Below are positions 45,890-59,022 of a stretch of DNA of 64,000 bases, piece by piece. The notes below the pieces were generated by a model that searched no databases, had not been told where the DNA came from, and was given only the letters and a program-made list of their open reading frames with translations. Every line of letters begins with the position of its first letter. The first letter of the stretch is position 1. Made by a program: the position numbers and the translations under genes. Origin of the DNA: Okamejei kenojei (lineage: Eukaryota); the NCBI GenBank assembly GCA_035221665.1, contig CM069153.1, forward strand, positions 23,870,001-23,934,000. Reading direction: 5' to 3'.

Positions 45890-46985
45890 TTGGTTTAATA
45901 TCATTATCTATACTGAGATACACTGAGATGCTATCCAGTCAAATCATACCACACAGGAATAGTCATGTCATATACAAGTACAGTCGGTAGTAAAAGGAGA
46001 AAACACCAGAATGCAGAATATAGTATACAGTTATAGTGTTACAGTTACAGACAAAGTGCAGGTAAAAAAAAACAAACAGGTTCTCCAATGAGGTAGGTTG
46101 GAAGATGGAGTCACATCCTAGCACATGGGGGGACTACTCAGTTGTCTGATAACAGTGGGGAAGAAGCTATTTCTGAATCTGATGCAATGTGTTTTTAAGC
46201 ATTTCTATCTTCTGCTCGAGCGATTGATCAGTGGGAAAATGATCTTTGATAATATTGGCTGCGTTCCTGAGGCAGTGTGAAGTGTAAATGGAATTGATGG
46301 TGTGAAGCTAGCTTGCGTGATGAACTAGGACCCATCCACAGCTCTTTGCAAATTCTTGTGGTCTTGGGCAGAGCTGTCACTAAACCAAGTTGTGATACAT
46401 CCCAGAGGATAGACACAAAATGCTGGAGTAACTCAGCGGGTCAGGCAGCATCTCTGGAGAGAAGGAATAGGTGACATTTCAGGTCCAGACCCTTCTTCAG
46501 ACTAAGAGTCTGCGGAGAGGGAAACTAGAGGTATGAAAAGGTTCAGAAACTTTATAACTCATCCCGATAGGATGATGAGGTATCTGTAAACGTTGGCACG
46601 AGTAGTTACAGAATGGCAAACTTCCTTAGTCTTTTGGGAATGTTGGTGTGCATTATTGGCCCTAGCTTCAACATGGTTGGACCGGGACTTGTTGGTGATA
46701 TTTACAATACACCTTGGGACTGAAGGTCTCCACCATCTTCACTTCAACACCAGTGATGCTGACTGGGGCATGTACGCCACCTCATTTCCTGGTCAATAAC
46801 TTGCTCCTTCACCTTGCTGGTGCTGAGAGAGAGTTGTTGTCTTGTCCCCATTTTAATAAACTCTGTCTCCTTTCTGTACTCTGCCACATCATGGTTCACG
46901 ATCAGGCCCAACACAGTGGTGTCATCTGCAAACTTGTGAATGAAGTTGGAGCAGAATTTGGCTGTGCAGTACTGCGTCTGTAGGA
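45890..46985 (-). mobile_element. Decayed Rex1/Babar LINE 3' half with nested PLE unit (46411-46559)
   Basis: [24 protein letters not shown]. Nested unit, minus strand: GTCTGAAGAAGGGTCTGGACCTGAAATGTCACC, flanked by imperfect CATCCC..GGAT duplication. Confidence 0.75.
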
Positions 46986-47076
46986 ATATGGCCTCAAACA
47001 AGGAAAGGGACATCACCCCAGGGGGTCACATGAGGGACAAGGGTGTCTTGTGGTAAAGAAAAAGGGAAGTGCTAAA

Positions 47077-47642
47077 TAGGGTTGCCAACTGTCCCGCATT
47101 AGCCAGGACATCCCGTAAATTGGGCTAAATTGGTTGGATCCATATGGGACCGTCCTTGTCCCGTATTTGACTGCTACTACTCTGGTCAAGGGGCCTGTCG
47201 GGTCGGAGCCCCGCGTCTGGCCCCGCCTCACCCGTCCCGATGTAGTGCAGCCCATGGAGTGCAGCAGCAGCGCTTTGCCCGTGGCCCCGTCGGTCGGCAG
47301 CCCGGCCAGCTTTCTGACCTTTGCTTACCGCTGACACCACCACCCCTCCTTCTCATGGCCGATCATCGGTTCATGAGTTGGATGGGGTGCCGGACTTTGC
47401 ATGCAGCAGAACACAAAGCCCAGCCGGCGGCCAGATGAGGAGTTTTGGCCCGGGCCGCGCGATGCTGCACGCAAAGTCCGGCGCCTGAGCCAAAACTCCT
47501 CAGCTGGCCCGCCGGCTGGGCTTTGTGTGCAGTCCAGCACCCGGGCCGACTCATCATTCACCCAGCCACAGCCGAGTCGGACAACGAATTGCCGTCAGGA
47601 ATTTGTCCCTTATTTTGACCTTTTGTCCCTTATTTGGGAGTG
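47077..47642. mobile_element. Non-autonomous hAT-like element (right TIR lost)
   Basis: Starts TAGGGTTGCCAACTGTCCCG; subterminal TGTCCC(G/T)TATT motifs at both ends; internal inverted repeats. Confidence 0.65.
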
Positions 47643-48059
47643 CTAACATATGTGGAATAACACTAACAATATTGAACAGACATTAAGAATGTATTAAGAG
47701 TTTTGCACTGTTCTTTAACTTTGTATGTATGTTTTATCACGAATACAGTTCATTTTTTGAACTTTAAAAAGTAAACAAAGGGGCTGAGAACAAATCGTTA
47801 CCGGGCATTAGAGTTGAGAATTATTGTTGAGCTTGTGTTGTTGCCTTTCCTCTTTATATATTTGGGTTGAAACTGTATTTGTAACATTCCTACAAGTATG
47901 TTTATTTCAATCTAATTCTCATTTTCAACATTAATTGACTCATTTTGGGTCTTGTTATTGCTTTTCCTAGTTCTCACAGTCAATTGGATTTCCACTTTTA
48001 CTTGTAGTTGAGTTCATGATTTACCGTTCCTGATATTGGTGGATTTTGGAGCATGTGAC

Positions 48060-48755
48060 AATAGACAATAGACAATACAGTAGGTGTAGGCCATTCGGCC
48101 CTTCGAGCCAGCACTGCCATTCACTGGGATCATGGCCGATCACCCTGTTCCTGCCTTCTCCACATATCCTTTGACTCCGCTATCTTTAACTCTATCTAAC
48201 TCTCTCTTGAAGCATCCAGAGAATTGGCCTCCACTGCCTTCTGAGGCAGAGAATTCCACAGATTCACAACTCTCTGTATGAAAAGATTTGTCCTCATCTC
48301 TGTTCTAAAAAGGTTTTTCTACATCTTCTTTCTAAATGGTCCACCCCTTATTCTTAAACTGTGGCCCCTGGTTCTGGACTCCAACGTCAGGAGCATGTTT
48401 CCTGCCTCTAGCGTGTCCAATCCCTTAATAATCTTATATGTTTCAATAAAATTAGATCCCCTCTCGTCCTTCTAAATTCCAGTGTATACAAGCCCAGTCG
48501 CTCCATTCTTTCAACATATGACAGTCCCGCCATCTGGTAATTAACCTCGTGAACCTACGCTGCACTCCCTCAATGGCAAGAATGTAATTTCACGCACTTG
48601 GAGACCAAAACTGCACACTATATTCCAAGTGTGGTCTCACTAGGGCCCTGTACAACTGCAGAAGGACCTCTTTGTCCGATACTCAACTCTTGTTATGAAG
48701 GCCAACATGCCATTCGCTTTCTTCACTGCCTGCTGTACCTGCATGCTTACTTTCG
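48060..48755 (-). mobile_element. CR1/HER LINE 3' fragment
   Basis: (CAATAGA)n tail, GGCCATTCGGCCCTTCGAGCC, GAATTCCACAGATTCACAACTCTC, GGAGACCAAAACTGCACAC. Confidence 0.88.
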
Positions 48756-49078
48756 CTTACTTGCTTATATGTGACTTTGGACTTTAGAGATGCAGTGTGG
48801 AAATAGGCCCTTCAGCCCACCGAGTCCATGCCAACCAGCAACCAACTGTACACTTGCACTATCCTACACTAGAGACAAATTACAGAAGCCAATAAACCTA
48901 GAAACTTGTACACCTTTGGAGTGTGGAAATTGCAGCACCTGGAGAAAACCCATAGGGAGAATGTAATCAAACCTGAGCCTCTTGCATTGTGCTTGTGTAT
49001 TCTTAATGTTAGGTCAAAAAAATATTCACTCATGTCATATATATCTAAGAGGTCAGAACTCCTAGTAACTTCCATTCC

Positions 49079-49220
49079 NNNNNNNNNNNNNNNNNNNNNN
49101 NNNNNNNNNNNNNNNNNNNNNNNNNNNNNNNNNNNNNNNNNNNNNNNNNNNNNNNNNNNNNNNNNNNNNNNNNNNNNNNNNNNNNNNNNNNNNNNNNNNN
49201 NNNNNNNNNNNNNNNNNNNN
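49079..49220. other. Assembly gap (142 N)
   Basis: Run of n characters. Confidence 0.99.
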
Positions 49221-49281
49221 TCATGAACCCATAAGCACATGATATGTTTGCTTTGGAAACTGACACAACCATGCTACATTC

Positions 49282-49410
49282 AGTCAGAAGAAAGATCTCG
49301 ACCCGAAACATCACCCATTCCTTCTCTCCAGAGATGCTGCGTGCCCCGCTGAGTTACTCCAGCTTTTTGTGTCTATCTTCGATTTAAACCAGCATCTGCA
49401 GTTCTTTCAT
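49282..49410 (+). mobile_element. Solo hammerhead-headed unit with perfect 19-bp flanking direct repeat
   Basis: ACACAACCATGCTACATTC at 49263-49281 and 49411-49429; insert AGTCAGAAGAAAGATCTCGACCCGAAACATCACCC..CCAGCATCTGCAGTTC. Confidence 0.9.
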
Positions 49411-50230
49411 ACACAACCATGCTACATTCTGGCAGGCAGTGGCTAAATGTACAAAAACAAGGTTATGTGACAAATATTTCAACAGCCACTGCACTGAGAG
49501 GAAAGTGAGAGTAACAGTGGATTGGAAACAGGGAATAGAACCCGTGAGCTCAGATATTTTACACCATTGTGACAAAGGTATAAGTGGCCATGTGTTTTCA
49601 ACCCTAGAATGTGACTAGGGAGGTTCCGTACTAATAATGTTACCCCGAGGTGAATTAAACTGTGGTCTGTGGAGGAAAATGACAGACAACCTTTCAGGTT
49701 GGGACCCTTGTTAAGTCAGAAAAAGAGTCCTGCCCCAAGATGTCATCTGTCCATTCCTTCCACAGACGTTGCATGGCCTTTTTAATTATTTCATCAGTAT
49801 GTGCTTTGCCCACTATTCCAGCATCTGCAGTTCCTAGTGCCTCCATTGCCAAAGACATATTTGTTCAGTCAGTCATTACTTGGGGTGTTGATATATCCAG
49901 AGATCTACCCTTCACAATACTATGGCATCAGGAGGATCTTTCCGATGTTGGCATCTGCCGTCAGAAGGTTTATGAATGTTGACATGATCTACAGTAGGTA
50001 GCTTGCCTCAACAAAGGCATTTGAATATTCAAATTTAATACTGTCATTTGCAGTGATGGAAATGGGTTTAGGAATGTTGGTGACATTTCATTTAGGCGTT
50101 ATGAGCGGTCATAGCCATGCAAGAATACAAGAATGCATAACTTGTTTATTGTGTATTATATGTCATAGCTGCTTTCTGGCATCTCTCTCTCACTCTCTGT
50201 TTACATTACAAAATGTTGCATAATGGTATA

Positions 50231-50816
50231 TCATCTCCATTTTTTTCTGTCACCTCTTTCTTTCTGCATTTCTTCATCACGCCTTCTGCCACGAAGAAGC
50301 CATGTTCTCACATATTCATCGGGGTTGAATTTTGACAGAGGAGGTCCCACTAACTTAATAAATAGAAGAGTTGAGAGATGATCAGTTTGAAGTCTTGCAT
50401 GTGGTGGTGACGTGCAGAAATTCATGCCACTCAAGCTTCTTTCACATTCTGCTGTTGATACCGGAATTGTATTTACAGCTGTTAGCAGCTGCTGAAAATC
50501 TGCAGAAACTATCACAAATACAATTTATCACAAAATATCTGAAAATGATTCAAACCTGCAACTTCACTTATAGCATCACCTCCACTGAGTTCAAGCCTGT
50601 GACTGGCACAGTGCCAAACAGTTGCATTAGGGAAATCATCAAGAAATAGTTTTGCAACCCCTGCATTTCGTCCTAACGTTACTGATGCATTATCAGTTAC
50701 AAGTGATATCACATTTCATTTAGGTACTTTATTGAAAAAACACCTCTTTGTAAGCAACTTAGAAGCCCATCATATATAGATTTTGCATTTGCAAGTCTCA
50801 TATGTTCTAAGTCAAA
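50231..50816 (-). pseudogene. hAT transposase fossil, C-terminal part (KIAA1586-like), with internal deletion
   Basis: SLVTDNASVTLGRNAGV..WHCASHRLEL (second catalytic D and CxxH); NTIPVSTAECERSLSGMN (hATC dimerisation domain). Confidence 0.85.
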
Positions 50817-53800
50817 ATAGTAAGATTAAATGAGAACTTACCAGTTTGAAGTTTGATCTTTATTTTATGAGGAGTTACGATGAGGGATTATGTGAAGAAG
50901 CCCCGCCAGGCCCATGCGCGTCATACTTCAAAGCAGCAGCGTGAAAACACGGAAACTATAGCCAAAGTGATTTAGTAAGACTCAGAAGACTAGAACTACC
51001 AGATGATCTTTGCAATTATGAGGGCCGGGAGCGGAGGGCACGTAATCCCTCATCGTAACTCCTCATAAAATAAAGAACAAACTTCAAACTGGTAAGCTCG
51101 TTTAATCTTACTATTTTACTTTGGAGTCACGTGAGTGACTACGTGAAGATTTCAGAGCTCTGTGATTTCATGCCGTAGATCCATTCCATACAACACACTG
51201 CTTCAGTTGACACAGTAGTGAATAAATAATGTATTGAACATTGCTTTGAATTATCCAATAATCATTTTTTAAATAACAAAACAGTAATAACCCCTCTATC
51301 CCAGGGGAAATTACAAATGAAATTGATAAAGACAAAGCAAATCAAATCAAACGGAACCCAAAACAGCATGCCCAAACCCTGGCACTGTCAGGACAGATTT
51401 ATCATAAATTTTAGAAAAGTTGGTTCCTTAGACCATCCTGCGGCCTCGCTGCGGATGTTAATGCAGCCCTGGTGGAGTGAGATTTAAACACGTGAGTGTC
51501 TACTCCAGCGGAATCCAAAACCTGTTTTAACCATCTAGAAATAGTTTATACTGACACCTTTTTATGAGGTTTTTTGTGACTGATGAGCATTGCTGTCTCA
51601 GAGCCTCTGAGACTCTTAAGTTACCTTGATATATTGACTCAGGTGCTTCACTACACATAACGTTTGGTCAACAGGGTATGCTTTAAAGCTTACTCTGGTT
51701 CCGGCCATTCCTGGCCTGCTTTGTTTGATTAATTCATACACATAAAATTTAATGTTATCTGCAGAAGACTACATGCTATCTAGTCGTAACTTTTGCAATG
51801 TTTGCACTCGTTGCGCTGATACTAGCGCCATGAGCTTAACCATTTTAAGTGTTAAGTTCTGAAAATACAATTATGTAATTGGAGCCCATTGCCGAAGCAG
51901 TGTGAGAACTATACTGACATCCCAGATTTCTGTATATCTAGGCTTAGGAGGATTTTTGTTCAAGATTCCTCTCATGAATCGGGACACTAATGGATGAGAT
52001 AGGTTGTTGTTCTGAAACTGCCCTAAATAGGAGGACAAAGCACTCCGAGCACTATAAATGGCACTATAACTCAAGTGTTCATCAAAATGCAATGTAGCAA
52101 GGAACTCCAATACATCCGGTATGCTTGCAGTATGATCTGACTGTAAAAAACATCTCCCATTTCTTAATATGAGACACATATTGTTTCTTAGTGCTATCTC
52201 TCCAAGCTGCAGTTATCACATCCATGGTCCTATTCGACAATCCAAGGCCTTGGAACGGTCTGGTCAGAACCTGCAGATTAACAAATTAATACTAACATGT
52301 AGCGGATGACTCTCCTGTTACTGGATGCACCAACAAATTACTGCAGTTGGGGACAGTCATGAATGGCTGAGTCATCATTCTGAGCACCAATGGGAATCAT
52401 GGCTGCGTAGGCCAGTCCGGAACCACCAAAACGCCTGAGGCGCTCTATTTTGGTGAGACATTGCCTAATCAGGCAGAATGGGGAAAAAACATAAAATAAT
52501 GTACGTCCCCAATGTAGCGAGAATGCATCCACCGCTACTGCTCCTGGATCTAGTTCCCATGAAACGTATTTAGGCAACTGGTGATTTAGCCTGGATACAA
52601 ACAGATCAAAATCTGGCAAACCATAGCGGCTGACAATCAGTTTAAAAACATCAGGATTTAACATCCATTCTATGTTGTCATTAAATCTTCGTGACCTGTT
52701 TTTTGCCACCACATTATCTCTACCTGGTGGGTAGATAGCTGAGACCCAGATGCTTCTAAAAATACATCAGTGCCACATGAGGTTAGCCAGATTATCACCT
52801 GATACTGACCTTATTCCTCCCTTGTGATTGATATATGCCACAGCCGTGGTATTATAAATCTGGAGTTGACCATGTAAATTATTCGTTGTTGAACAGTAAG
52901 CTTTTAATCCATAGAATGCACCCAGCAATTCTAAGTAATTTATACCATGCCTGTGCAGATTAAATCCTCTTGCACACTCCATCTACCACCATAGCTAGAC
53001 TCGCTGTCCGTAACTCCCCATCCCAGAGCACTCACATCTGTTTGTAAAACCACTGAAGGTTGCTGAACCAAAATGTTTTTTTGTAGTTTGTACAATATTG
53101 ATAATCCACCATTGTAATTCAGCCATGGCTCTGGTTGGTAACTGCATAGGTCTATCAAAATGACCTGCATGTTCTTTAAGTGCTAGTTCTCTAGCTCATT
53201 GCAGACTTTGATAGTGCAGAGGTCCAAACTCCACTGCAGAGAAAGCTGCCACCAATTTACCAATAACACTGGCTACTTCCCGGATGGAGGGATATTGTTT
53301 TTCAGCGAGACTAGTACAGACCTCCTTGATCTCCACAGCCTTGGCTGTAGGCAAAGTCACTGACATATCAACTGAATCAATGACAAATCCCAAATAATCA
53401 ATTTTTTGGGATGGCTCTAACTTGGATTTTGTTGGATGGACCAGAAACCCTAACCTTTCAAACAGGTGTGTGGTTGCTGAAACCGATTCCTCAGCTGTCT
53501 CCTGAGTGTTGCTTATGATTAAAATATCATCTAGATAAGCCATTACAATGTGATTCTGGGCCCGAAGTAGCGCCAGCACTGGTTTCAACAATTTCGTGAA
53601 CAGCCTAGGAGCTGAGGTTAACTCATTGGGTAATGCTTTAAATTGCCACAGCTGTCCCATCCAACTAAATTTCAAGTATCTCCGATACTGATGATGAATT
53701 GGTATTGAATAATATGCATCTTTCAGATTTATAGTTGCCATATAACAGCCTTGTGATAACAGCTGTTTCGCAGTATTGAAGGTGTCCATTTTAAAATGCC

Positions 53801-55443
53801 TATATTGAACATAGGAAACACTGGTTTAGGTCCAGAATTACTCTACATCCCCCATTTTTTTTCTGCTTGGGGAATATATTGGACACAAATTGTTGAGGAT
53901 GGTTTGTCGTCCTCTCAATTACCTCTTTTTGGGACAAAACCGTAATTTCTTCTTTTACCTGCTGAGTTCTGGTGCAGAAAAAAACAATACTCTATTAGGC
54001 ATATTGTGTACAGGTGGATGAATTCCTGACATTAACTCTATTCAAGCCTGACACAGTGTCTAGTATAAACCGATCAGATGTTATGTAGCACCACTCATCA
54101 TAAAACAATTGCAACCTAACCGGAGGTTGATCCCCAGAAATCTTATCCTAGACAGAATGAATCAACCGTACCTCTACAGTTGACCTTGAAGTCCTCCTTC
54201 TTCCCATATTGGGGTTGTAGCTGGGATACACAGGTGGGTAATACCCTCGTCCCACTGGCCCACTCTGCTTGGCCCTGCCCCTGGATCCGACCCCCTTCGC
54301 ACTGAAAACGACCTGCTAGGTGGCATCCTGGCAGAAGGGGCATATGTCTTCATGAGACTAATTGTTTTGGCCTTTTCCTCCAGGTCCTTGGCTTGTTTGA
54401 GGAGGTCCACCCCAAATAAATAATCTGGGGCTTGAATGCTGGTGGACCTACACAAAGCTGCAAATTTCGGGTTCAGCATTGGCTTTATAGCTATTTTTCT
54501 TATGCAATTGACCTCAAAATGTGCGTTACAGAACAGGGCCAGCATATCTTGTTGTGTGCCAGACATTGGTGCCCCCGGACCATTTTTCCAAATGCAGTGA
54601 AGCCTGCTGCCACCAACTTGAGGACCCGCTGAAACCTGATTTCTTGTCCACGCATCGTTGCACTCATTTGTGCCCATATTGGAGAGTCCACGGTGGGCAC
54701 TTTGAGCGACGCACAATTAACAGGTGTTTTATATCTTGTGGCCGTCTCTCCCAAAATCGTATCCTGGAGCTGGTGAGAAGCCATGTCATTAACATTGGCG
54801 GCTAGGTTTTCGCTCCATAGCCTCACCAGTCCCTTCCGGATTAGCAAAGTTTTGCGCTATGTCCGGGACACCTGGCGCATGGCTCATGTGCTCTGGTATG
54901 AGCACAAATGCAGTAACACCAGCTTCAGGGTCAGACTCCTCCTGCCCTGGCTCTCCCGAGTCATGCTCTAGGGAGGTCTCTTCCAGCCCTAAACAAGGTG
55001 CTGAAGAGGATGCTTCCCACTGGTATCCATAAGCGGTGTTTTCTTCTTCGCTATATGGACCTCTGCAAAAAGCTGTGTGGGGAATCCTAGGGGCATTGGA
55101 CCCCGAGTGAATTTTTACATGCCTCTTTAAGTTTGGAGCATTTTTCCATTTGGTTGAGCCGTCCCCATACCTTTATATTAAAAGGAGGGGAGTCTTCCAC
55201 ATCATCAGACGCATCAGATAAGATGAGCCTGAGAGTACTTTGTTTTGTCCTTCCTCCCTGGTGAGGTGGCCTCAGTGCCCTGAAGCACTGGAACTGAAGT
55301 AGGCAGTTGAGCTGCCGGTAGAAACAGTAGCCGGTATCGGAGCCGGCGTTAGCGCAGCCATTATCTCCAAACCCGACCTATAAGCGGTAATCGCGGAGCC
55401 GGCATTAGCGCAGCCATTATCCCCCGACCCGATTTAAGTAAAA
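50817..55443 (-). mobile_element. DIRS1-type retrotransposon (gag, RT, RNase H, methyltransferase-like, tyrosine recombinase), decayed
   Basis: RT NLKDAYYSIPI..QFKALP..SAPRLFTK..AYLDD; RH LQTDVSALGWG/HGINYLELLG/NTTAVAYIN; MT DLFVSRLNHQLPKY..DAFSLHW..YVFSPF; YR FKSHSTRAA. Right end 50817-50900 with ICR ~51039-51150; only TTTTACTT of the left end remains. Confidence 0.92.
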
Positions 55444-56271
55444 TAGAATGATATAGGTTGGGAAGATTCACCAACTGCTGCTCTCAAGCAGACTACTAGA
55501 ACAGTTTTCCCATTAATAGTAGTAGATTCATCAATCATAATAGACATTTTAGATTGTTTTGAAACTGTCTTTCGCATCTGGTTCCCTATTTGGTGAGAAA
55601 CATCTGCACATGACTTACGAGAGTGTAGAACGTACCCTAAGTCGATGTCGTTTCTTACTTGCAGTTCAATATCAGAAGACATATGTAAGGCCTACCTTTG
55701 TGTACAATATTATATACAGTTCTAAAAACTCGACCTGTTTTTGCTTCGTCCTTTTAAGTGACATATACACTACATTTTCGATTGCCTTTTTTTCAGCTGT
55801 TTCATTGATTTTTTGGCATCTGATATGAGCTTCACTATATTTGTGCTTAAAAATCTTTTTTCTTAAACTCATTAACTGTTTTGGTTTGTCAGCATTCACT
55901 CCTACTACATTAACACGGCACCACTCACGAGACAAATGAATTCCTTGTGTTTGTTCAAGTCCAAGATGACACTTGCTGCATACACTACATCATAGTTTTC
56001 TGTTTTTAACAATTAGCCACGGATATACTTTATTTTTGTTTAAGTGCATTTCTTGTGCCCAACAGTCTGGAAAATCACATTTTCCAATATCTTTTGAAAT
56101 GTCTTCACATGCAGCACCAGGCGAAACAGCTGCACCAGTTAAATTATAATTTTCAAGTAATTTTGCCTTCTTTTCTGGCTGAGTGTTTTCATTATCATTT
56201 ATTTCTTCATCGATCTGAAGACGCTGTCTTTTAAAGTATCTCAGTATGCTAATTTTCGCAGGGGTACACAA
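55444..56271 (-). pseudogene. hAT transposase fossil, N-terminal part (KIAA1586-like)
   Basis: PDCW..YPWLIVKNRKL; SREW..SLRKKIFKHKYSEAH; MSIMIDESTT (first catalytic D)..QPISFYF; frameshifts present. Confidence 0.85.
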
Positions 56272-56329
56272 ATTTGAAATGTATAGATATTTGATAGTGA
56301 TTTGATAGTGATCTTATAACTATTGAGGA

Positions 56330-57076
56330 AATGAGGAGGTAGCGAATTGAGGAATGCAGTTGAACAGAGAGATCTAGGAATAACTGTGCATAGTTCCCTG
56401 AAGGTGGAATCTCATGTAGAAAGGGTGGTAAAGAAAGCTTTGGTGTGCTGGTTTTTATAAATCAGAGCATTGAATATAGGAGTAGGGAAGTAATGTTAAA
56501 ATTGTACAAGGCATTGGTAAGACCAATTCTGGAGTATGGTGTACAATTTTGGTCGCCTAGTTATAGGAAGGATGTCAACAAAATAGAGAGAGTACAGAGG
56601 AGATTTACTAGAATGTTGCCAGGGTTCCAGCAACTATGTTACAGAGAAAGGTTGAACAAGTTAGGTCTTTATTCTTTGGAGCGCAGAAGGTTAAGGGGGG
56701 ACTTGATTGAGGTCTTTAAAATGATGAGAGGGATAGACAGAGTTGACGTGGATAAGCTTTTTCCATTGAGAGTAGGGAAGATTCAAACAAGAGGACATGA
56801 TTTGAGAATTAAGGGACAGAAGTTTAGGGGTAACATGAGGGGAAACTTCTTTACTGAGTGAGTGGAAGCTGTGTGGAATGAGCTTCCAGTGGAAGTGATG
56901 GAGGCAGGCTTGATTTTATCATTAAAAAGTAAATTGGATAGGTATATGGACGGGAAAGGAGTGGAGGGTTATGGTCTGAGTGCAGGTAGATGGGATTAGG
57001 TGAGAGTAAGTGTTTGGCACGGACTAGAAGGGCCGAGATGGCCTGTTTCTGTGCTGTAATTGTTATATGGTTATAT
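56330..57076 (+). mobile_element. CR1 LINE 3' fragment
   Basis: ORF 56445..56861 is almost identical to the 6668 copy; TTATATGG tail. Confidence 0.92.
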
Positions 57077-57291
57077 TAAAACTCTTGTTGGTTTGTTGGT
57101 TTGCAACAGATTCTATATCGCGAAAATTCAAGCCGTTTGTGGATTTACTCCTCCACCCTTTGTCGTAACTGAGAAATGTTTACATATTCCTGTAGAGTTT
57201 TTCCTCCTCCACATTTTGTATTAAAAATTAGAACATTTGGTTATTAATTTCCCCGCTTTTTTAGTAAAAAATATTTAAAAAAATTAAAATC

Positions 57292-57780
57292 ACTGCTGCA
57301 TGAGTCACAGTGCCATCTCACACATGTCCAATTACAATGGTTCTCATTTACATATGATATGACATCACAATGGGACAGTGGTGGGAGATTGGAACTTTCA
57401 CTTGGTCCCACTAAAATCAAACTGCTGCATGAGTCACAGTGCCATCTCACAAATGTCTAATCGCAATGGATCTCATTTGCATATGACATCACAATGGAAC
57501 AGGTGTGGGAGATTGGAACTTTCACTTGGTCCCACTAAAATCAAAACTGCTGCATGAGTCACAGTGCCATCTCACACATGTCCAATTACAATGGTTCTCA
57601 TTTACATATGATATGACATCACAATGGGACAGTGGTGGGAGATTGGAACTTTCACTTGGTCCCACTAAAATCAAACTGCTGCATGAGTCACAGTGCCATC
57701 TCACAAATGTCTAATCGCAATGGATCTCATTTGCATATGACATCACAATGGAACAGGTGTGGGAGATTGCAACCTTCACG
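57292..57780 (+). repeat. Tandem repeat with A-B-A-B higher-order structure (129 + 125 bp; period 254)
   Basis: Units begin ACTGCTGCATGAGTCACAGTGCCATCTCAC at 57292, 57421, 57546 and 57675; alternate units share diagnostic bases. Confidence 0.92.
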
Positions 57781-57819
57781 TGGTCTGGCGTGCACAATCA
57801 AATAGAGAAAGTTTTCCTA

Positions 57820-58986
57820 CTCCCCTGTCTACCCCCCTCCCTATCGACCCCTCCCCTACAATACTCCCCCTCCACCATACTCACTCTCTATCATCCTCCC
57901 TCTCTACCCACACCTCCCTTTCCCGCTCTCCTCCCCACCCCATCCCCATTCCACCCTTCCCTTCCCCTCCCCCTTGCCACTCTCTCCCACTCTCCTCTAC
58001 CTCCCCTTCTCTCTCCCTCCCCTACCCCTCACCCCACTCTTCCCCCCTCTCTCCCCATACCCCTCTCCCCCTCCCTTCCCACTATTCACCCCCTCCCAAC
58101 CCGCTCCCCTCACCCTCCCATCACCCTCACCACTCCCCCTCCTCTCCCTCACCCCATTCCCCTCTTCCCTCCATTTTACCCTCTACATTTCCCCCCCTCC
58201 CCATACCCCCTCTCCTCTCCCCTCCCTCCTTGCCATTCTCTCACTCTCTCCCCATCCCCCTCTCCCCTCCCCGTCCATCTCCACCTCCCCCTCTCCATTT
58301 CCCCCGCTCTCCCCGCCCTCACCACCCCATCTCTCGTTCCATCCCATGTCCCCCCCTCCCTCACCCCCCTCCCCCTCTCTCCCCTCATGATGGTTAGTGG
58401 TGTGTGTTTGGGGGGAGTGGTTAGTGTGTGTGTCCCACCCCACACTCCCCCTCTCCTGTCCATCTCCCCCTCTGCAATCCCCCCTCTCCATCTCCCCCTC
58501 TGCATCCCCCCCTCTCCATCCCCCCTCTCCAGCTCCCCCTCTCCCCCCACTCTCCATCCCATCTCCCCTCCTCCCTCCACCCCCACTCTCTCCCCTCATC
58601 TCCCCCCCCCCCATCTTGTTCTGCCCCACTCTCTTTGCCCCTCAAGATAGGGTGGAGATGGGGTAAAAGGAGCCAATGAATAATAGTAATATAATATCAA
58701 GGGGAGTGGTTAGTGTGTGTGTGGTGGGGATGTGGTTAGTGCGCATGTATGCGGGGGGGGGGGGGGGGTTAGTTTGAGAGTGTGGGGTGTTTGTGTGTGT
58801 GGCTGGTTAATGTGTGTGTGGGGGGTGTTTGGTGTGTGTGTGGAACGGTTAGTGTGTGTGTATTTGGGGGGTGGTTAGTGTGTGTGTGGAGGGGTGTTTA
58901 GTGTGTGTGGGGGGGTGGTTAGTATGTGTGGAGGGGGGTGGTTAGTGTGTGTGTGGGGGGTGGTTAGTATGTGTGGAGGGGGGTGG

Positions 58987-59022
<36 letters not shown>

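Noticed and set aside
48869-49314. ORFs containing X runs
   Set aside because: They span the assembly gap
52338-52712. Stand-alone DNA adenine methyltransferase of prokaryotic origin
   Set aside because: It is the known MT-like domain of DIRS1 elements, in its usual position between RNase H and YR
57748-58679. Long Pro-rich and Gly-rich ORFs (up to 300 aa)
   Set aside because: Artefacts of C/T low-complexity sequence lacking stop codons in several frames
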